This document shows positions 23,093 through 32,000 of a DNA stretch of 32,000 bases, in pieces; the stretch's first letter is position 1; every line of letters begins with the position of its first letter. Under the pieces are notes generated by a model. It did no database searches, was not told the DNA's origin, and worked only from the letters and a program-made list of their open reading frames with translations. The position numbers and the translations under genes are program-made. Origin of the DNA: an uncultured Chloroflexia bacterium (GTDB lineage Bacteria; Chloroflexota; Anaerolineae; Anaerolineales; Anaerolineaceae); NCBI GenBank assembly GCA_963704755.1, contig OY969938.1:1200001-1232000 (forward strand), read 5' to 3'.

Positions 23093-23986
23093 ATGAAAAA
23101 AGGCATTATCGCTACCATCCTGGCATATTTTATTTGGGGATTTTTCCCGGTCTATTTCAAATGGCTAAATGTCGTCCCGGCTTTTCAAATTATGACCAAC
23201 CGGGTGGTGTGGTCTTTCTTCTTCGTAGCCGGGGTATTACTTTTCCGGGGTGAAACCAGGAAATTGTTGAAAGCCATGACTCTGCGGACCGGCCTGATCT
23301 ACCTGGCCGCCGGGCTATTGTTAGGAGTCAACTGGCTCACTTACGTCTGGTCGGTCAATGCCGGCCATATCGTCGAAGCCAGCCTGGGATATTTCATCAA
23401 CCCGTTGGTCAGCGTGATGCTGGGATTGTTGTTTCTGCACGAGCGACTTCGTCCGCTGCAATGGATCCCGGTCGGCCTGGCCACGGCCGGAGTGGTCTAC
23501 CTGACGGTCGTATACGGCTCGCTGCCCTGGATCGCCCTGGTGTTGGCCTTTTCGTTTGGCTTGTATGGACTGATGAAGAAAATCGCCCCGTTCAGTTCTC
23601 TTCAAGGCGTCACGGTAGAGACGGCCATGATCTTCCTCCCGGCCGCGATTTACCTGATCGTCGTTGGCGCCCAGGGACAGGGTGCATTAGGCCATGCCGG
23701 CGCCCTGGTGACCTTCCTGCTCATCCTGAGCGGGGTAGTCACTGCCATTCCATTGCTACTATTTGCGGTCGGCGCCCACGATGTACCCCTGGTGGTGCTG
23801 GGATTGCTGCAGTACATTGCGCCGACCTTGCAATTCGCCATCGGTGTATTTCTTTACGGCGAGGCCTTTACCGCCACCAATGCGGTTGGGTTCAGTGTAA
23901 TCTGGCTGGCCCTGATCCTGTTCTCGTTGGAAAGCGTGTACGCCAGCCGCCGCTCCACCCTGTTAGCCGCTTCCCAGGTCAACTAA
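23093..23986 (+). CDS. rarD: EamA-family transporter RarD
   Basis: 297-aa ORF with 10 TM-like segments. The N-terminus GIIATILAYFIWGFFPVYFKWL and NRVVWS are typical of RarD. Confidence 0.9.
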   Translation: MKKGIIATILAYFIWGFFPVYFKWLNVVPAFQIMTNRVVWSFFFVAGVLLFRGETRKLLKAMTLRTGLIYLAAGLLLGVNWLTYVWSVNAGHIVEASLGYFINPLVSVMLGLLFLHERLRPLQWIPVGLATAGVVYLTVVYGSLPWIALVLAFSFGLYGLMKKIAPFSSLQGVTVETAMIFLPAAIYLIVVGAQGQGALGHAGALVTFLLILSGVVTAIPLLLFAVGAHDVPLVVLGLLQYIAPTLQFAIGVFLYGEAFTATNAVGFSVIWLALILFSLESVYASRRSTLLAASQVN

Positions 23987-24009
23987 CCTGACAAATCAGG
24001 TTGAGAATG

Positions 24010-24038
24010 TGTATGCGGGAGCAATGCTCCCGCATACA
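24010..24038. terminator. 13-bp stem-loop between convergent rarD and thioredoxin genes (probable bidirectional terminator)
   Basis: TGTATGCGGGAGC-AAT-GCTCCCGCATACA. Confidence 0.5.
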
Positions 24039-24058
24039 AACGTAAACCGTCCCAGCGA

Positions 24059-24496
24059 TTAACCCCCAGGTGTTTCTGCGCTGCTCAGGCCGGCTTTGGT
24101 GAGCTGGTGGACCAACTCTTCGGTACGGGTGACGCCGTGGTTGACGTGCACCGGGCTGCCGTTTTCATCCAGAATGAACGTCGTCGGCACGCTCAAAACA
24201 CGCCAATCGCGCACCATATCAGGTTGCTGGTAAGCGTCGATTTCGATCACCTCCAGCCGGTCGCCATAAAGATGTTTAATGCTCTCGATGGCAGGCCGCT
24301 GCATGGTCCGGCAAGGGACGCAGTCCGGAGTGGTGAAATAGAGAATGGCCGGCTTGTGGTGTTTCTGCAGGGGTAAGCTGCGCGCCGATTCCTTTACCTT
24401 GTGCAAAATAATCCGGTTGGCGAAAAGATATAGCCCAATACCGCCGGAAAATAGCACCAGAAAGGCCAAAAACCGATAAAGATAAACCGGGTTCAT
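24059..24496 (-). CDS. membrane-anchored thioredoxin-family protein
   Basis: 145 aa from ATG 24496, with GAGGAAACC upstream. N-terminal TM helix and active site TTPDCVPCR (CxxC), plus VPTTFIL. Confidence 0.85.
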   Translation of the reverse strand: MNPVYLYRFLAFLVLFSGGIGLYLFANRIILHKVKESARSLPLQKHHKPAILYFTTPDCVPCRTMQRPAIESIKHLYGDRLEVIEIDAYQQPDMVRDWRVLSVPTTFILDENGSPVHVNHGVTRTEELVHQLTKAGLSSAETPGG

Positions 24497-24506
24497 GCTG
24501 GTTTCC

Positions 24507-24980
24507 TCACCGGGGTCGTAAACCTGGGAAGGTGTTGGGCGGCGGTGCCTTGTGGAATCCGGGCACATTCAAGCGATGGAGCCAGTAATAAACCGCGCAG
24601 CCGGCGCAAAACCCCACAAACAGGTTCAATGCCGCCAGGAAAATGACCAGCCAGGTAAAGGCCCATCCGGCGATGACCGCACCTGATAAAAGAAACAGCG
24701 TCGAAATTGCCAGCACTACCCCGCCAAAGCCCTGGGCAAAGCGATGCGGCTCAGGATTATCCTGAATCACATCCGCGCGGACGAGATGCAGCGGGCGCAA
24801 AACATATTTATAGATCCATACGAAACCGGGCTTTCCCAGCGCAGTCCCGGCCAGCATGAATAAACCTACTCCTGCCACCAGCCAGTGCAGGTTAAAGATG
24901 AAAGCCAGGGCCAGCCCCAAGATAATCACCGCCTGGTTTGTACGGATCGCAGAATGATCAACAGATTGCAATTCAGACAT
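24507..24980 (-). CDS. DUF4395 domain-containing membrane protein
   Basis: 157 aa from ATG 24980, with AGGAG 8 nt upstream. RTNQ....LG.A......W......MLAG...G.......Y..VL.P.......DNPEPHRFAQG.G and C-terminal FCAGC match the DUF4395 pattern. Confidence 0.8.
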   Translation of the reverse strand: MSELQSVDHSAIRTNQAVIILGLALAFIFNLHWLVAGVGLFMLAGTALGKPGFVWIYKYVLRPLHLVRADVIQDNPEPHRFAQGFGGVVLAISTLFLLSGAVIAGWAFTWLVIFLAALNLFVGFCAGCAVYYWLHRLNVPGFHKAPPPNTFPGLRPR

Positions 24981-25408
24981 CAGTTCAACTCCTGTAGGAG
25001 ATAAGCCTGGTTCACCAGGGATTATGGGCGATCTAAGCATTCTCACGATTTTCGCCAGCGGGAACCATGCAAGAAATCTTATTTCGAAAGGCTGGGCAAC
25101 TCCAAATCGTTCTTCTTGGGTTTGCCCCATCCCCAATGCCAGGGAGAATTTAAATAAAACGAGCGGGGGGCACTCTTAACAAAAGAGACCGCTACCGCTC
25201 GATCAAACCATCCATCCAACCGGATGGGTTATAAACCGAATTAGCGTAGGGCGGTCATTGAGTCCGCCGGGTACAGATGCAGGTAAAAGTTTTCATCATT
25301 AAGTCCTGTTGAATTATTATGATAATTATAATACTAATTATCGTGTATGCAAGGTTTTTTGATCTGTGAGTGATGAAAAAGTCGTTTTTCAACGATTAGA
25401 TTGGGTAT

Positions 25409-25441
25409 ATACGGTGGGGTCGCGAAGTCGCCCCACCGTAT
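25409..25441. repeat. intergenic stem-loop (11-13 bp)
   Basis: ATACGGTGGGG-TCGCGAAGTCG-CCCCACCGTAT. Confidence 0.7.
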
Positions 25442-25463
25442 TTACCCGAATTTCGTAACCACT

Positions 25464-25557
25464 CAGCTACCACAAAAGTGAGGGGTGTTTTTATTGTTTT
25501 TCGCGAGCAAAGCTCGCGAAAAACAATAAAAACACCCCTAATTTCCGGACCGGCTTG
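25464..25557. repeat. ~95-bp MITE-like palindromic element, family 2 (core 28-bp perfect hairpin 25481-25539)
   Basis: AGGGGTGTTTTTATTGTTTTTCGCGAGC-AAA-GCTCGCGAAAAACAATAAAAACACCCCT. The stem is nearly identical to 14898-14954, but the stem tip and loop have changed in a compensatory way. Confidence 0.85.
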
Positions 25558-25709
25558 AGCAGAAACCAAATTTTAAAAATGGCAAGTAATTTTGTGACTG
25601 CCCATTCAGGTTGAGGAACGCCTCCCATCAACTGTGGACATTCCCTTTTGTTAGGCCACTGAAGTTAGGGTAAAATTAGGCACACTATCCGAAAGGATTC
25701 CCATCCACA

Positions 25710-26633
25710 TTGTTTGAAATCGTTTTCCTCGGAACATCGGCATCTGCGCCGTCTATCCGGCGGAGTTTGCCGGCTTTGGTAGTTAAACACGACGAATATC
25801 GTTTTTTGGTGGACTGCGGCGAAGGTACGCAGCGCCAGATTTTACAATCCGGGATCGGTTTCAAACACATGAACCGCATCCTGATCACCCACGGCCATTT
25901 GGACCACATCCTTGGCCTGGCCGGCTTGCTTTCCACGTTTATGCGTTGGGAAACGATCGAGGGACTCGAAATTTACGGCGGGCGAGGGGCGCTGGAGCGG
26001 ATCCGAGATCTGCTCTTTCAAGTGGTGCTGCGAGGCGCCGAAGCGCCGATGGACATGAAGCTGATCGAAGTGCAGCCCGGCCAAATTATCAACGAGAACG
26101 ACTTTACCGTCACGGCCATCCCGGTTCTCCACCGCGGGCCGGATAATTACGGCTACGTGTTCGAAGAAAAAGGACGCCGTCCATTCCTGCCCGAAAAAGC
26201 CGAGGCCCTGGGAATACCCAATGGGCCTTTACGCAAGGCTCTGGTAGATGGTCACCCGGTAAATTTGGCGGATGGACGTGAAATTTCACCGGAAATGGTT
26301 CTGGGAGAATATCGACCGGGCACCCGCCTGGTGGTTGTGGGCGATACCGGCGATACGGCCAGCTTGATGGAAGCCTGCCGTGGCGCCGACGGCCTGGTGA
26401 TCGAGGCGACTTATCTGGAGGAGGAAAGCGACATGGCCCGTGCTTTCGGCCATATGACCGCCAAACGGTCGGCCACACTGGCCAAAGAAGCCGGCGTGCA
26501 ACAACTGATCCTCACCCATCTCTCCCGGCGCTACCGTGAAAAAGATATCCTGGCCGAAGCACAATCGGTCTTTGAAACTGCTGTCGTTGCCCGTGATTTC
26601 GACGTCGTCCAGATACGGCGCAGCGAAGCCTGA
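25710..26633 (+). CDS. rnz: ribonuclease Z
   Basis: 307-aa ORF with a TTG start. IVFLGTSASAPS..R.L.A......E..LVDCGEGTQRQ and the metallo-beta-lactamase motif ITHGHLDHILGL, plus C-terminal LTHLS.RY. Confidence 0.9.
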   Translation: MFEIVFLGTSASAPSIRRSLPALVVKHDEYRFLVDCGEGTQRQILQSGIGFKHMNRILITHGHLDHILGLAGLLSTFMRWETIEGLEIYGGRGALERIRDLLFQVVLRGAEAPMDMKLIEVQPGQIINENDFTVTAIPVLHRGPDNYGYVFEEKGRRPFLPEKAEALGIPNGPLRKALVDGHPVNLADGREISPEMVLGEYRPGTRLVVVGDTGDTASLMEACRGADGLVIEATYLEEESDMARAFGHMTAKRSATLAKEAGVQQLILTHLSRRYREKDILAEAQSVFETAVVARDFDVVQIRRSEA

Positions 26634-26656
26634 TCCAACTTTAGTGGAATTTTTCG

Positions 26657-28525
26657 ATGAACCCCACACCCGATCCGGCTCTTCGCACGCCCAAAAACAG
26701 CGCTAAAACCGCTTGGGCTATCCTGTTGATCCTGTGCCTGGCCGCCGGGGCTTTCCTGGTTTGGCTGGCCGCGCTGGATTATCCTCACGCCCACAATCTG
26801 GCCAATCTCTTCTCGCCAGATAGGAACATGCAGGCTTTTACAACCTCCTGGTATCAACGCCTGCATCTGGTCGCCATCCTCGCCGGAGCGCTGGCGCTGG
26901 GGATTGGTGCGCTCCTTGCCACCTTCCCCCGCCAGGCCCGGGAATGGCTTACCGGGCTGCCGGGGTTCGTCCGGACCTATTTTCACCGGCTTCCCGTCGA
27001 CGTCAAAAGCGCCTTGGTTGGGTTCCGGCAGTTAATCAGCCGGCGAACAGTCCTTCTTTCGCTCGTTGGAGTGACCCTATTGGCCTTTCTGGCTCATTTG
27101 TGGTTCCTGCATATGCCCATCGGCCATGATGAAGCCTATTCCTTTACGATATTTGGTATCAAGCCTCTATCGATCGGCCTGCGCGACTACCATTACCCCA
27201 ATAACCACATTCTCAATACTCTGCTGGTGCATTTTTCTTACCTCATCTTTGGCATCCGCGATTGGTCGATCCGCCTGCCATCCTTCCTGGCCGGGGTTTT
27301 GATGGCTCCGGCTGGTTATTTGCTTGCCCGGCGCTGGTATGGACAATGGGCCGCTTTGTTAGCCGGCGCAGCTATCGCTGCTTCCCCGGTCGTGACTGCC
27401 TATGCGAGTGCATCCCGTGGTTACACCCTGGTGGCGCTGTTTACCTTAACCGCGTTTCTCCTGGCTGCTGAACTAACCCGTAAGAACAACCGCTTTCTGT
27501 GGATTATCCTGGCAGTGGTCTGCTCGCTGGGTTTCTACAGCGTGCCGGTTTTCTTCTACGCGTTCGGGCTGGTATACACCTGGCTGGGGCTGGTCTGGCT
27601 TTTCGGCAAACAGCCAGACGGGTATACCCGCAGCGGATTCTTTTTCGCGATTTTGTTATCCGGATTAGCATCCCTGGCGCTGACCGGCCTGCTCTACCTG
27701 CCGGTGATCACCTATTCGGGATTCAATGCGCTATTTGACAACCCCTGGGTAGCCGCGTTGAGCTGGCACGATTTTATCCCCACCTTGTTGACCCGCCTGG
27801 TCGAAATCCGCGCCGATTGGAGCCAGGCAACCTCCGCTCTGGTCATCGCATTAGGCCTGACCGGCCTGCTTGCCAGCTTTTTTCCTTTGGGGAAGACAGC
27901 CGGCAGACCACGGCTTTTTTCTCAATCATGCCTGGTGTTTATCCCCCTTATCCTGGTCGTTCAACGTCCCAATCCCTGGGCCAGGACCTGGTTTTCGCTC
28001 TATCCGCTGCTGATCACCTGGTCGGCTGCCGGCCTGGTCGGATTGGCCACCTGGTTCGGAGGGTATTTCCACCTTCCGCCCCGGTTCGGCCGGGTAGCCC
28101 TGGCGGTTGCAATCGCCGGGATGGCGTTCGGAGCCGTCCAGTACACGCTGGCCACCTATCCCGGGCTAAAAACGAGCTACGATCCTATCGAACAATCCGC
28201 CCTATACATCCGCGACCACCTCCAAGAAGGCCAGGTCGTTGTCATCACCGCCCCCGATGATGCCCCCATGTGGTATTACTTTTACAAATACAACCTGCCG
28301 CAAGAGTCGCTCCGGCGGGATATCCCCTTTGATTCGGCCTACGTGGTCGTCGACGAAGCCAATAAGGAAACCCTCCAGGAAGTGGTTGCTGACCGCGGGC
28401 CAGATTCGGTCTTTTTCGAATGGGACACCGCCCGGGTGGTAGCCAGCTTCGACCCCATAAAAATCTACCAGGTCGATGCCGACCAACAAATCATTCAGCA
28501 TGCCTATTCTCAGGTAAAGCCGTGA
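26657..28525 (+). CDS. glycosyltransferase family 39-like (ArnT/PMT-type) polytopic membrane protein
   Basis: 622-aa ORF with at least 11 TM segments. First periplasmic-loop motif HDEAYSF and YHYPNNHILNTLLVH, then a C-terminal soluble domain. Confidence 0.75.
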   Translation: MNPTPDPALRTPKNSAKTAWAILLILCLAAGAFLVWLAALDYPHAHNLANLFSPDRNMQAFTTSWYQRLHLVAILAGALALGIGALLATFPRQAREWLTGLPGFVRTYFHRLPVDVKSALVGFRQLISRRTVLLSLVGVTLLAFLAHLWFLHMPIGHDEAYSFTIFGIKPLSIGLRDYHYPNNHILNTLLVHFSYLIFGIRDWSIRLPSFLAGVLMAPAGYLLARRWYGQWAALLAGAAIAASPVVTAYASASRGYTLVALFTLTAFLLAAELTRKNNRFLWIILAVVCSLGFYSVPVFFYAFGLVYTWLGLVWLFGKQPDGYTRSGFFFAILLSGLASLALTGLLYLPVITYSGFNALFDNPWVAALSWHDFIPTLLTRLVEIRADWSQATSALVIALGLTGLLASFFPLGKTAGRPRLFSQSCLVFIPLILVVQRPNPWARTWFSLYPLLITWSAAGLVGLATWFGGYFHLPPRFGRVALAVAIAGMAFGAVQYTLATYPGLKTSYDPIEQSALYIRDHLQEGQVVVITAPDDAPMWYYFYKYNLPQESLRRDIPFDSAYVVVDEANKETLQEVVADRGPDSVFFEWDTARVVASFDPIKIYQVDADQQIIQHAYSQVKP

Positions 28526-29235
28526 GCGACCGTCCCACCATTGACCACCTGGTACGCTCAAAACGCAAAACGATCGCCCTGGTCATCCGCCCGGATGGGG
28601 CTTTGGAAGTGCGCGCGCCATTACGTATGGCCAAAGCCGACATCGATGAATTTATCCGCCGCAAGACCCGCTGGATCCGCAAACACCAGGAAATTGCCCG
28701 CCAAAAGACCCCCTCTCGCCTTGCCCGTCATTACCGCGAAGGCGAACCCTTCCTCTACCTGGGCCACAGCTATCCGCTCGAGTTCAGTCCCTCTCCGCGT
28801 AAACGCCTGACGTTGACCGATAAATTCATCCTGCCCGTGATCTCCAGCGAGGAAGCCGCCGCGCTCTTCGAAGCCTGGTACCGGGCCCAGGCCCGCGAAG
28901 TATTCGAAAAGCGCCTTCAATATTACAGCCAACTGACCGGCTTGACCTGCAAAAAAGTGCGCATCAGCTCGGCGAGAACCCGCTGGGGCTCGTGCAGTAC
29001 GTCCGGCACCATCAGCTTCACCTGGCGGCTGGTGATGGCGCCGCAGGCCATCATCGACTACGTCGTCGTCCACGAACTGGCCCATACCCACGTTCACAAC
29101 CATGGCCCGGACTTCTGGGCCCAGGTGCGCGCCATCCTGCCTGATTACGCCGCCCGGCGGGCCTGGCTCAAAGTCAATGGCGCCCTGCTAGATTTGGGCG
29201 TGGCTGCGGACGAAAAAATGTACCGTGAAGTTTGA
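28522..29235 (+). CDS. M48-family/YgjP-like (DUF45) metallopeptidase
   Basis: 237 aa from GTG 28522, which overlaps the stop of the GT39 gene (GTGA). KRKTIALVIRPDGALEVRAP and zinc motif VVVHELAHTHVHNHG. Confidence 0.85.
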   Translation: MSDRPTIDHLVRSKRKTIALVIRPDGALEVRAPLRMAKADIDEFIRRKTRWIRKHQEIARQKTPSRLARHYREGEPFLYLGHSYPLEFSPSPRKRLTLTDKFILPVISSEEAAALFEAWYRAQAREVFEKRLQYYSQLTGLTCKKVRISSARTRWGSCSTSGTISFTWRLVMAPQAIIDYVVVHELAHTHVHNHGPDFWAQVRAILPDYAARRAWLKVNGALLDLGVAADEKMYREV

Positions 29236-30311
29236 ATCACATTAAAGTTGGGCAACACATCTACGCACTGTTGGCAGAATTGAAGAGCGAGCACCAGGCA
29301 GAAACGGCCTACCAGGTGTTGGCGCATTTCTTTCGCGATAATTTCCAGGTTGAAGAGCAAGCCGTGCAGCCCAAGGCCCATGAGGAACTGAGTGTCGGGT
29401 CGCTGCAATCCGTCGATGACCTGGAAGCCACCTTTCGACGCAAGCGCGGGGAAGAATACAAAGGCTATATTGCTGCAGTGAGTGAAACCTGTGATCCGAA
29501 CAACCCGTTGCAGTTAATCACCTATACGGAGGTGGCGCCTAACAATGTGGACGATGCCGATCTGTTCGTCAATGCTCTTCCACAAATTCAGGAACGTATG
29601 CCTTTGACAAAGATGTACACCGATGGTGGCTTTGGCAGTCCGGCCGCCGATACGGCATGCCAACAAGCCCAAGTTGAACAGATCCAGAGTGCCATTCGCG
29701 GCGCAACGTCTGCCGCAGATAAGTTCAACCTGGATGATTTCGAAATTTGCCAAGATGAGCATTGGAAACCGACCCACATGACCTGCCCCAATGGGCAAAC
29801 GATTGAAGTTGAAGCTGGTCGAACGACTGGCTATATAGCTGATTTCGATCCGCAATGCTGTCAGACCTGTTCTTTTGCAACTGCCGGTCGCTGCCGGGCC
29901 AAGCCCTCCAAACACAAACCGTGTTTCACCCTCAGCTTTACCCAGCAGGATGTGAACTGGGCACGCAGGCAGCACCGACACCAGGCCGAGAAAGCTGCCA
30001 AGCGCAATCTGCGTTCAGCCGTGGAGGCCACAGTGCGTTCGCTCAAACATCCCTTCCCGGGGAGCAAACTGCCTGTGCGCGGTCGGTTTCGCACGGCTTG
30101 CCTGATTATAGCCTCGGCTGCTATGACCAATCTCCGCCGGATCCATCGTTACCGCCTGGAATTGATGCAAGAGGAAGCCAAAAAAACGCAAGAAAACCTG
30201 ATTAAAACCGCTCAACCAACCTGTCAGGATTCTTTTTTGCTTCCCCATTGGCTTCTTGCCTTATTCCGTTGGCTCCCTGTCCAGCCTGCTTTTTCAGGCT
30301 TGGGCTATTAG
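29232..30311 (+). pseudogene. 5'-truncated IS1182/IS5-superfamily DDE transposase remnant
   Basis: Contains the second catalytic-D region (MYTDGGFGS), a Cys-rich CPNGQ...C..C insertion and the E region (RSAVEATVRSLKHPF...VRGRFRTACLIIASAAMTNLRRI). It lacks the N-terminal DNA-binding region and first-D region. It begins exactly at the stop of the M48 gene. Confidence 0.6.
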
Positions 30312-30443
30312 TACTCCATTTTTTCAGTGGACTCATTTATAACAATCGATTTAAACCTGAAGCGACCGTAGAATCGAATAAAGTCATAGGTTTGAAAAAC
30401 GGGTTCAATATTGATTCAACAAGTTTTGCGTGATTCAAAGGAA

Positions 30444-32000
30444 TTAATTTTGCTCACAGGAATAGCGAAAGACTAAATCGCCTGATTGGAGTTGATTGTT
30501 AATCTGCATTATTCCATCTGGATATTTATCATCTTTACTATAATACAACACAAAGGCATTATTTTGAGTGCCCTGAGGAGCAGAAATAACTATTTTTAGA
30601 GATTGATCAATCGATACCTCTAACGGTGGTATCTTAAAATAATGTAGCTGATTATCTGCCATATTCAAAGTAGATAATTGAGTAGTATCTAGTGTTTTTC
30701 CAAATTGATCCAGGATTTGAATTGTAATCGGAGGTGTATCCTTACGGCCAAAAGTACCGAAGAAGAGACCTATCTGATCAATGTCTCCTTGGCACTCTGA
30801 GAGAAAGCTTTGGCTAACCTTGTCACCAGCGACAATATTCGCAGTCACTGTCTGGGGGGGAATACCGGACAAGGGATATCCACAAGCATATGGCCAATTG
30901 GCTTGATTGTCAGCCTGAATAAATTCAATACGTTTGAATTGCAAAGAATAAGTTTCTGGTCCATCGTTGGATATCCGAATTTCGATACCAGTAACATGAA
31001 TACCTGGGGACAAGTTTAGGAGTCGCAGTGGGTAAGTATAAGTATGTTCTTCACCATCTGCCAACAGTGGAAGATTAAATCCGGTTACCTGTCCATTGTC
31101 GAGTGTAAAAATAATAAACAGAGATCTGGGGCTCAACTCAGGTTCAACTGCAAGAGAAATAAGAAAATCCGAATATGCGGGTAAGCATGCGCTGTTGGAT
31201 AAATTTAACTTAAAAGCAGGGTTAGAACCAATAGTCCATTCCGACGGATCAGCTTTTGACTGAGTGGCATTCGTGCCGGAAAGAACATAAGGATTTGTGA
31301 AAAGATTTACTGATTCCGAATCCTGGACAGCAGAAGCACTTTCTGCCAGATCTGTGTTATCAGGAGCAATTACCAACGATTCTGATTGAATGGGCGTTGG
31401 ATTAACATGCAAATCAATGTGTGGAAATTGGAACATCGCCCAAGCACCCGCACCATTTTCATCACCTTTGGTCTCGAAATCAATTATGATTTGTTGGCCA
31501 GCATAGGCAGATAATGGGATATTTACCGGGGTCCATGTATGCGAGTCGGGTTGCAGCGTTTTTTCGAATACAACCTGCTGATTGTCACTTGAGGTCAGTC
31601 GGATGGTAAAAGTAACTTTATTTTCTGTGGCTGAGGAAACACCCGCTTGATAATTAATCCCGACAGCAGTTTTTAGATCCGCTGAAATTAGCTGCTCTGG
31701 AATCTCAACCGTCCAACTGACCGTATGTGGTGCCGGGATCAAAACATCCAAGTGTTTATAATCCGACCATTGGGACATTGCTCCATCCAAACCAGTCCAC
31801 CAGGTAATATCAGTAGGCAGAGCATCTGTTTTTACCCGATCTTCAAAAACATACTCGCCCTGAAGAGTTTTTTCCTGGTAAGGACCAAATACAGAAAGGT
31901 CGTACTGCTCTAGAGGAGATGCCAGACTTGTGAGAAAACCGTTGTTACCGACCCCCCATTGGAAAACACTGCCTTCGCAATAGGTTGGCGCTGTCTGGTA
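30444..32000 (-). CDS. large hypothetical protein, partial (5' end outside the window), beta-rich and probably extracellular
   Basis: The frame stays open from 31790 to 32000 with no stop. My translation reads YQTAPTYCEGSVFQWGVGNNGF...TGLDGAMSQW. The DNA is low-GC (43% in line 31081-31140). I recognise no motif. Confidence 0.7.
   Translation of the reverse strand, partial: YQTAPTYCEGSVFQWGVGNNGFLTSLASPLEQYDLSVFGPYQEKTLQGEYVFEDRVKTDALPTDITWWTGLDGAMSQWSDYKHLDVLIPAPHTVSWTVEIPEQLISADLKTAVGINYQAGVSSATENKVTFTIRLTSSDNQQVVFEKTLQPDSHTWTPVNIPLSAYAGQQIIIDFETKGDENGAGAWAMFQFPHIDLHVNPTPIQSESLVIAPDNTDLAESASAVQDSESVNLFTNPYVLSGTNATQSKADPSEWTIGSNPAFKLNLSNSACLPAYSDFLISLAVEPELSPRSLFIIFTLDNGQVTGFNLPLLADGEEHTYTYPLRLLNLSPGIHVTGIEIRISNDGPETYSLQFKRIEFIQADNQANWPYACGYPLSGIPPQTVTANIVAGDKVSQSFLSECQGDIDQIGLFFGTFGRKDTPPITIQILDQFGKTLDTTQLSTLNMADNQLHYFKIPPLEVSIDQSLKIVISAPQGTQNNAFVLYYSKDDKYPDGIMQINNQLQSGDLVFRYSCEQN

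Noticed and set aside
24981-25136. N-terminal extension of the DUF4395 ORF here, and likewise of the thioredoxin ORF at 24497-24568
   Set aside because: Internal ATGs at 24980 and 24496 are preceded by AGGAG/GAGGA sequences and remove the gene overlap. The extensions have no conserved features.
25141-25400. Possible riboswitch or structured leader in the long AT-rich intergenic region between the DUF4395 gene and rnz
   Set aside because: I saw several short hairpins (GAGCGG...CCGCTC, CCATCC-AACCG-GATGG, GGCGG...CCGCC) but could recognise no known riboswitch core. There is not enough evidence to call a feature.
28420-28521. N-terminal 34-aa extension of the M48/YgjP ORF
   Set aside because: It overlaps the end of the GT39 gene and is Arg/Pro-rich. 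A GTG at 28522 overlapping the upstream stop (GTGA) gives the conserved start of YgjP-like proteins.

Overview
High-GC bacterial chromosomal window. Spot counts of single 60-nt lines give about 68% GC in backbone genes. The gene content (a lamin-tail-domain protein, several GT-C/GT39-type polytopic membrane proteins, a MalT-type regulator) is reminiscent of Chloroflexota, but I cannot verify taxonomy here.

Backbone genes: ybaB-dnaX; an LTD protein; a DsrE/YedF-like gene convergent with a ClbS-like gene; three large GT-C-like membrane proteins; a MalT/LuxR regulator; a DUF4097-like protein plus a Tet-type MFS pump; AraC plus a DHFR-family protein; PIN/TRAM-rlmB-rhodanese; rarD; thioredoxin plus DUF4395; rnz; GT39 plus an M48/YgjP peptidase.

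Accessory or unusual content:
(i) A 1.28-kb IS with bipartite ~56-bp inverted repeats sits 12 bp upstream of the tRNA-Arg(CCU) promoter.
(ii) A ~1.25-kb non-coding modular repeat array lies downstream of tRNA-Arg. It has four intrinsic terminators and compensatory stem changes. This is my best candidate for something undescribed: tandem structured sRNA genes or a new composite repeat.
(iii) A low-GC islet abuts tRNA-Glu(CUC). It holds an orphan methyltransferase, a decayed MNT/HI0074-type module, and two tandem 90-bp copies of the tRNA 3' half with a 19-nt insertion in the anticodon loop.
(iv) TAGCNNN heptad repeats follow both tRNA genes.
(v) Families of long, near-perfect palindromes occupy almost every intergenic region.
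(vi) A 5'-truncated IS1182-like transposase is followed by a low-GC partial gene running off the window.
(vii) Three single-nucleotide frameshifts occur in the NYN/YacP-like, MalT-like and MNT genes.

I saw no CRISPR array, rRNA gene or recognisable multi-gene defence operon.
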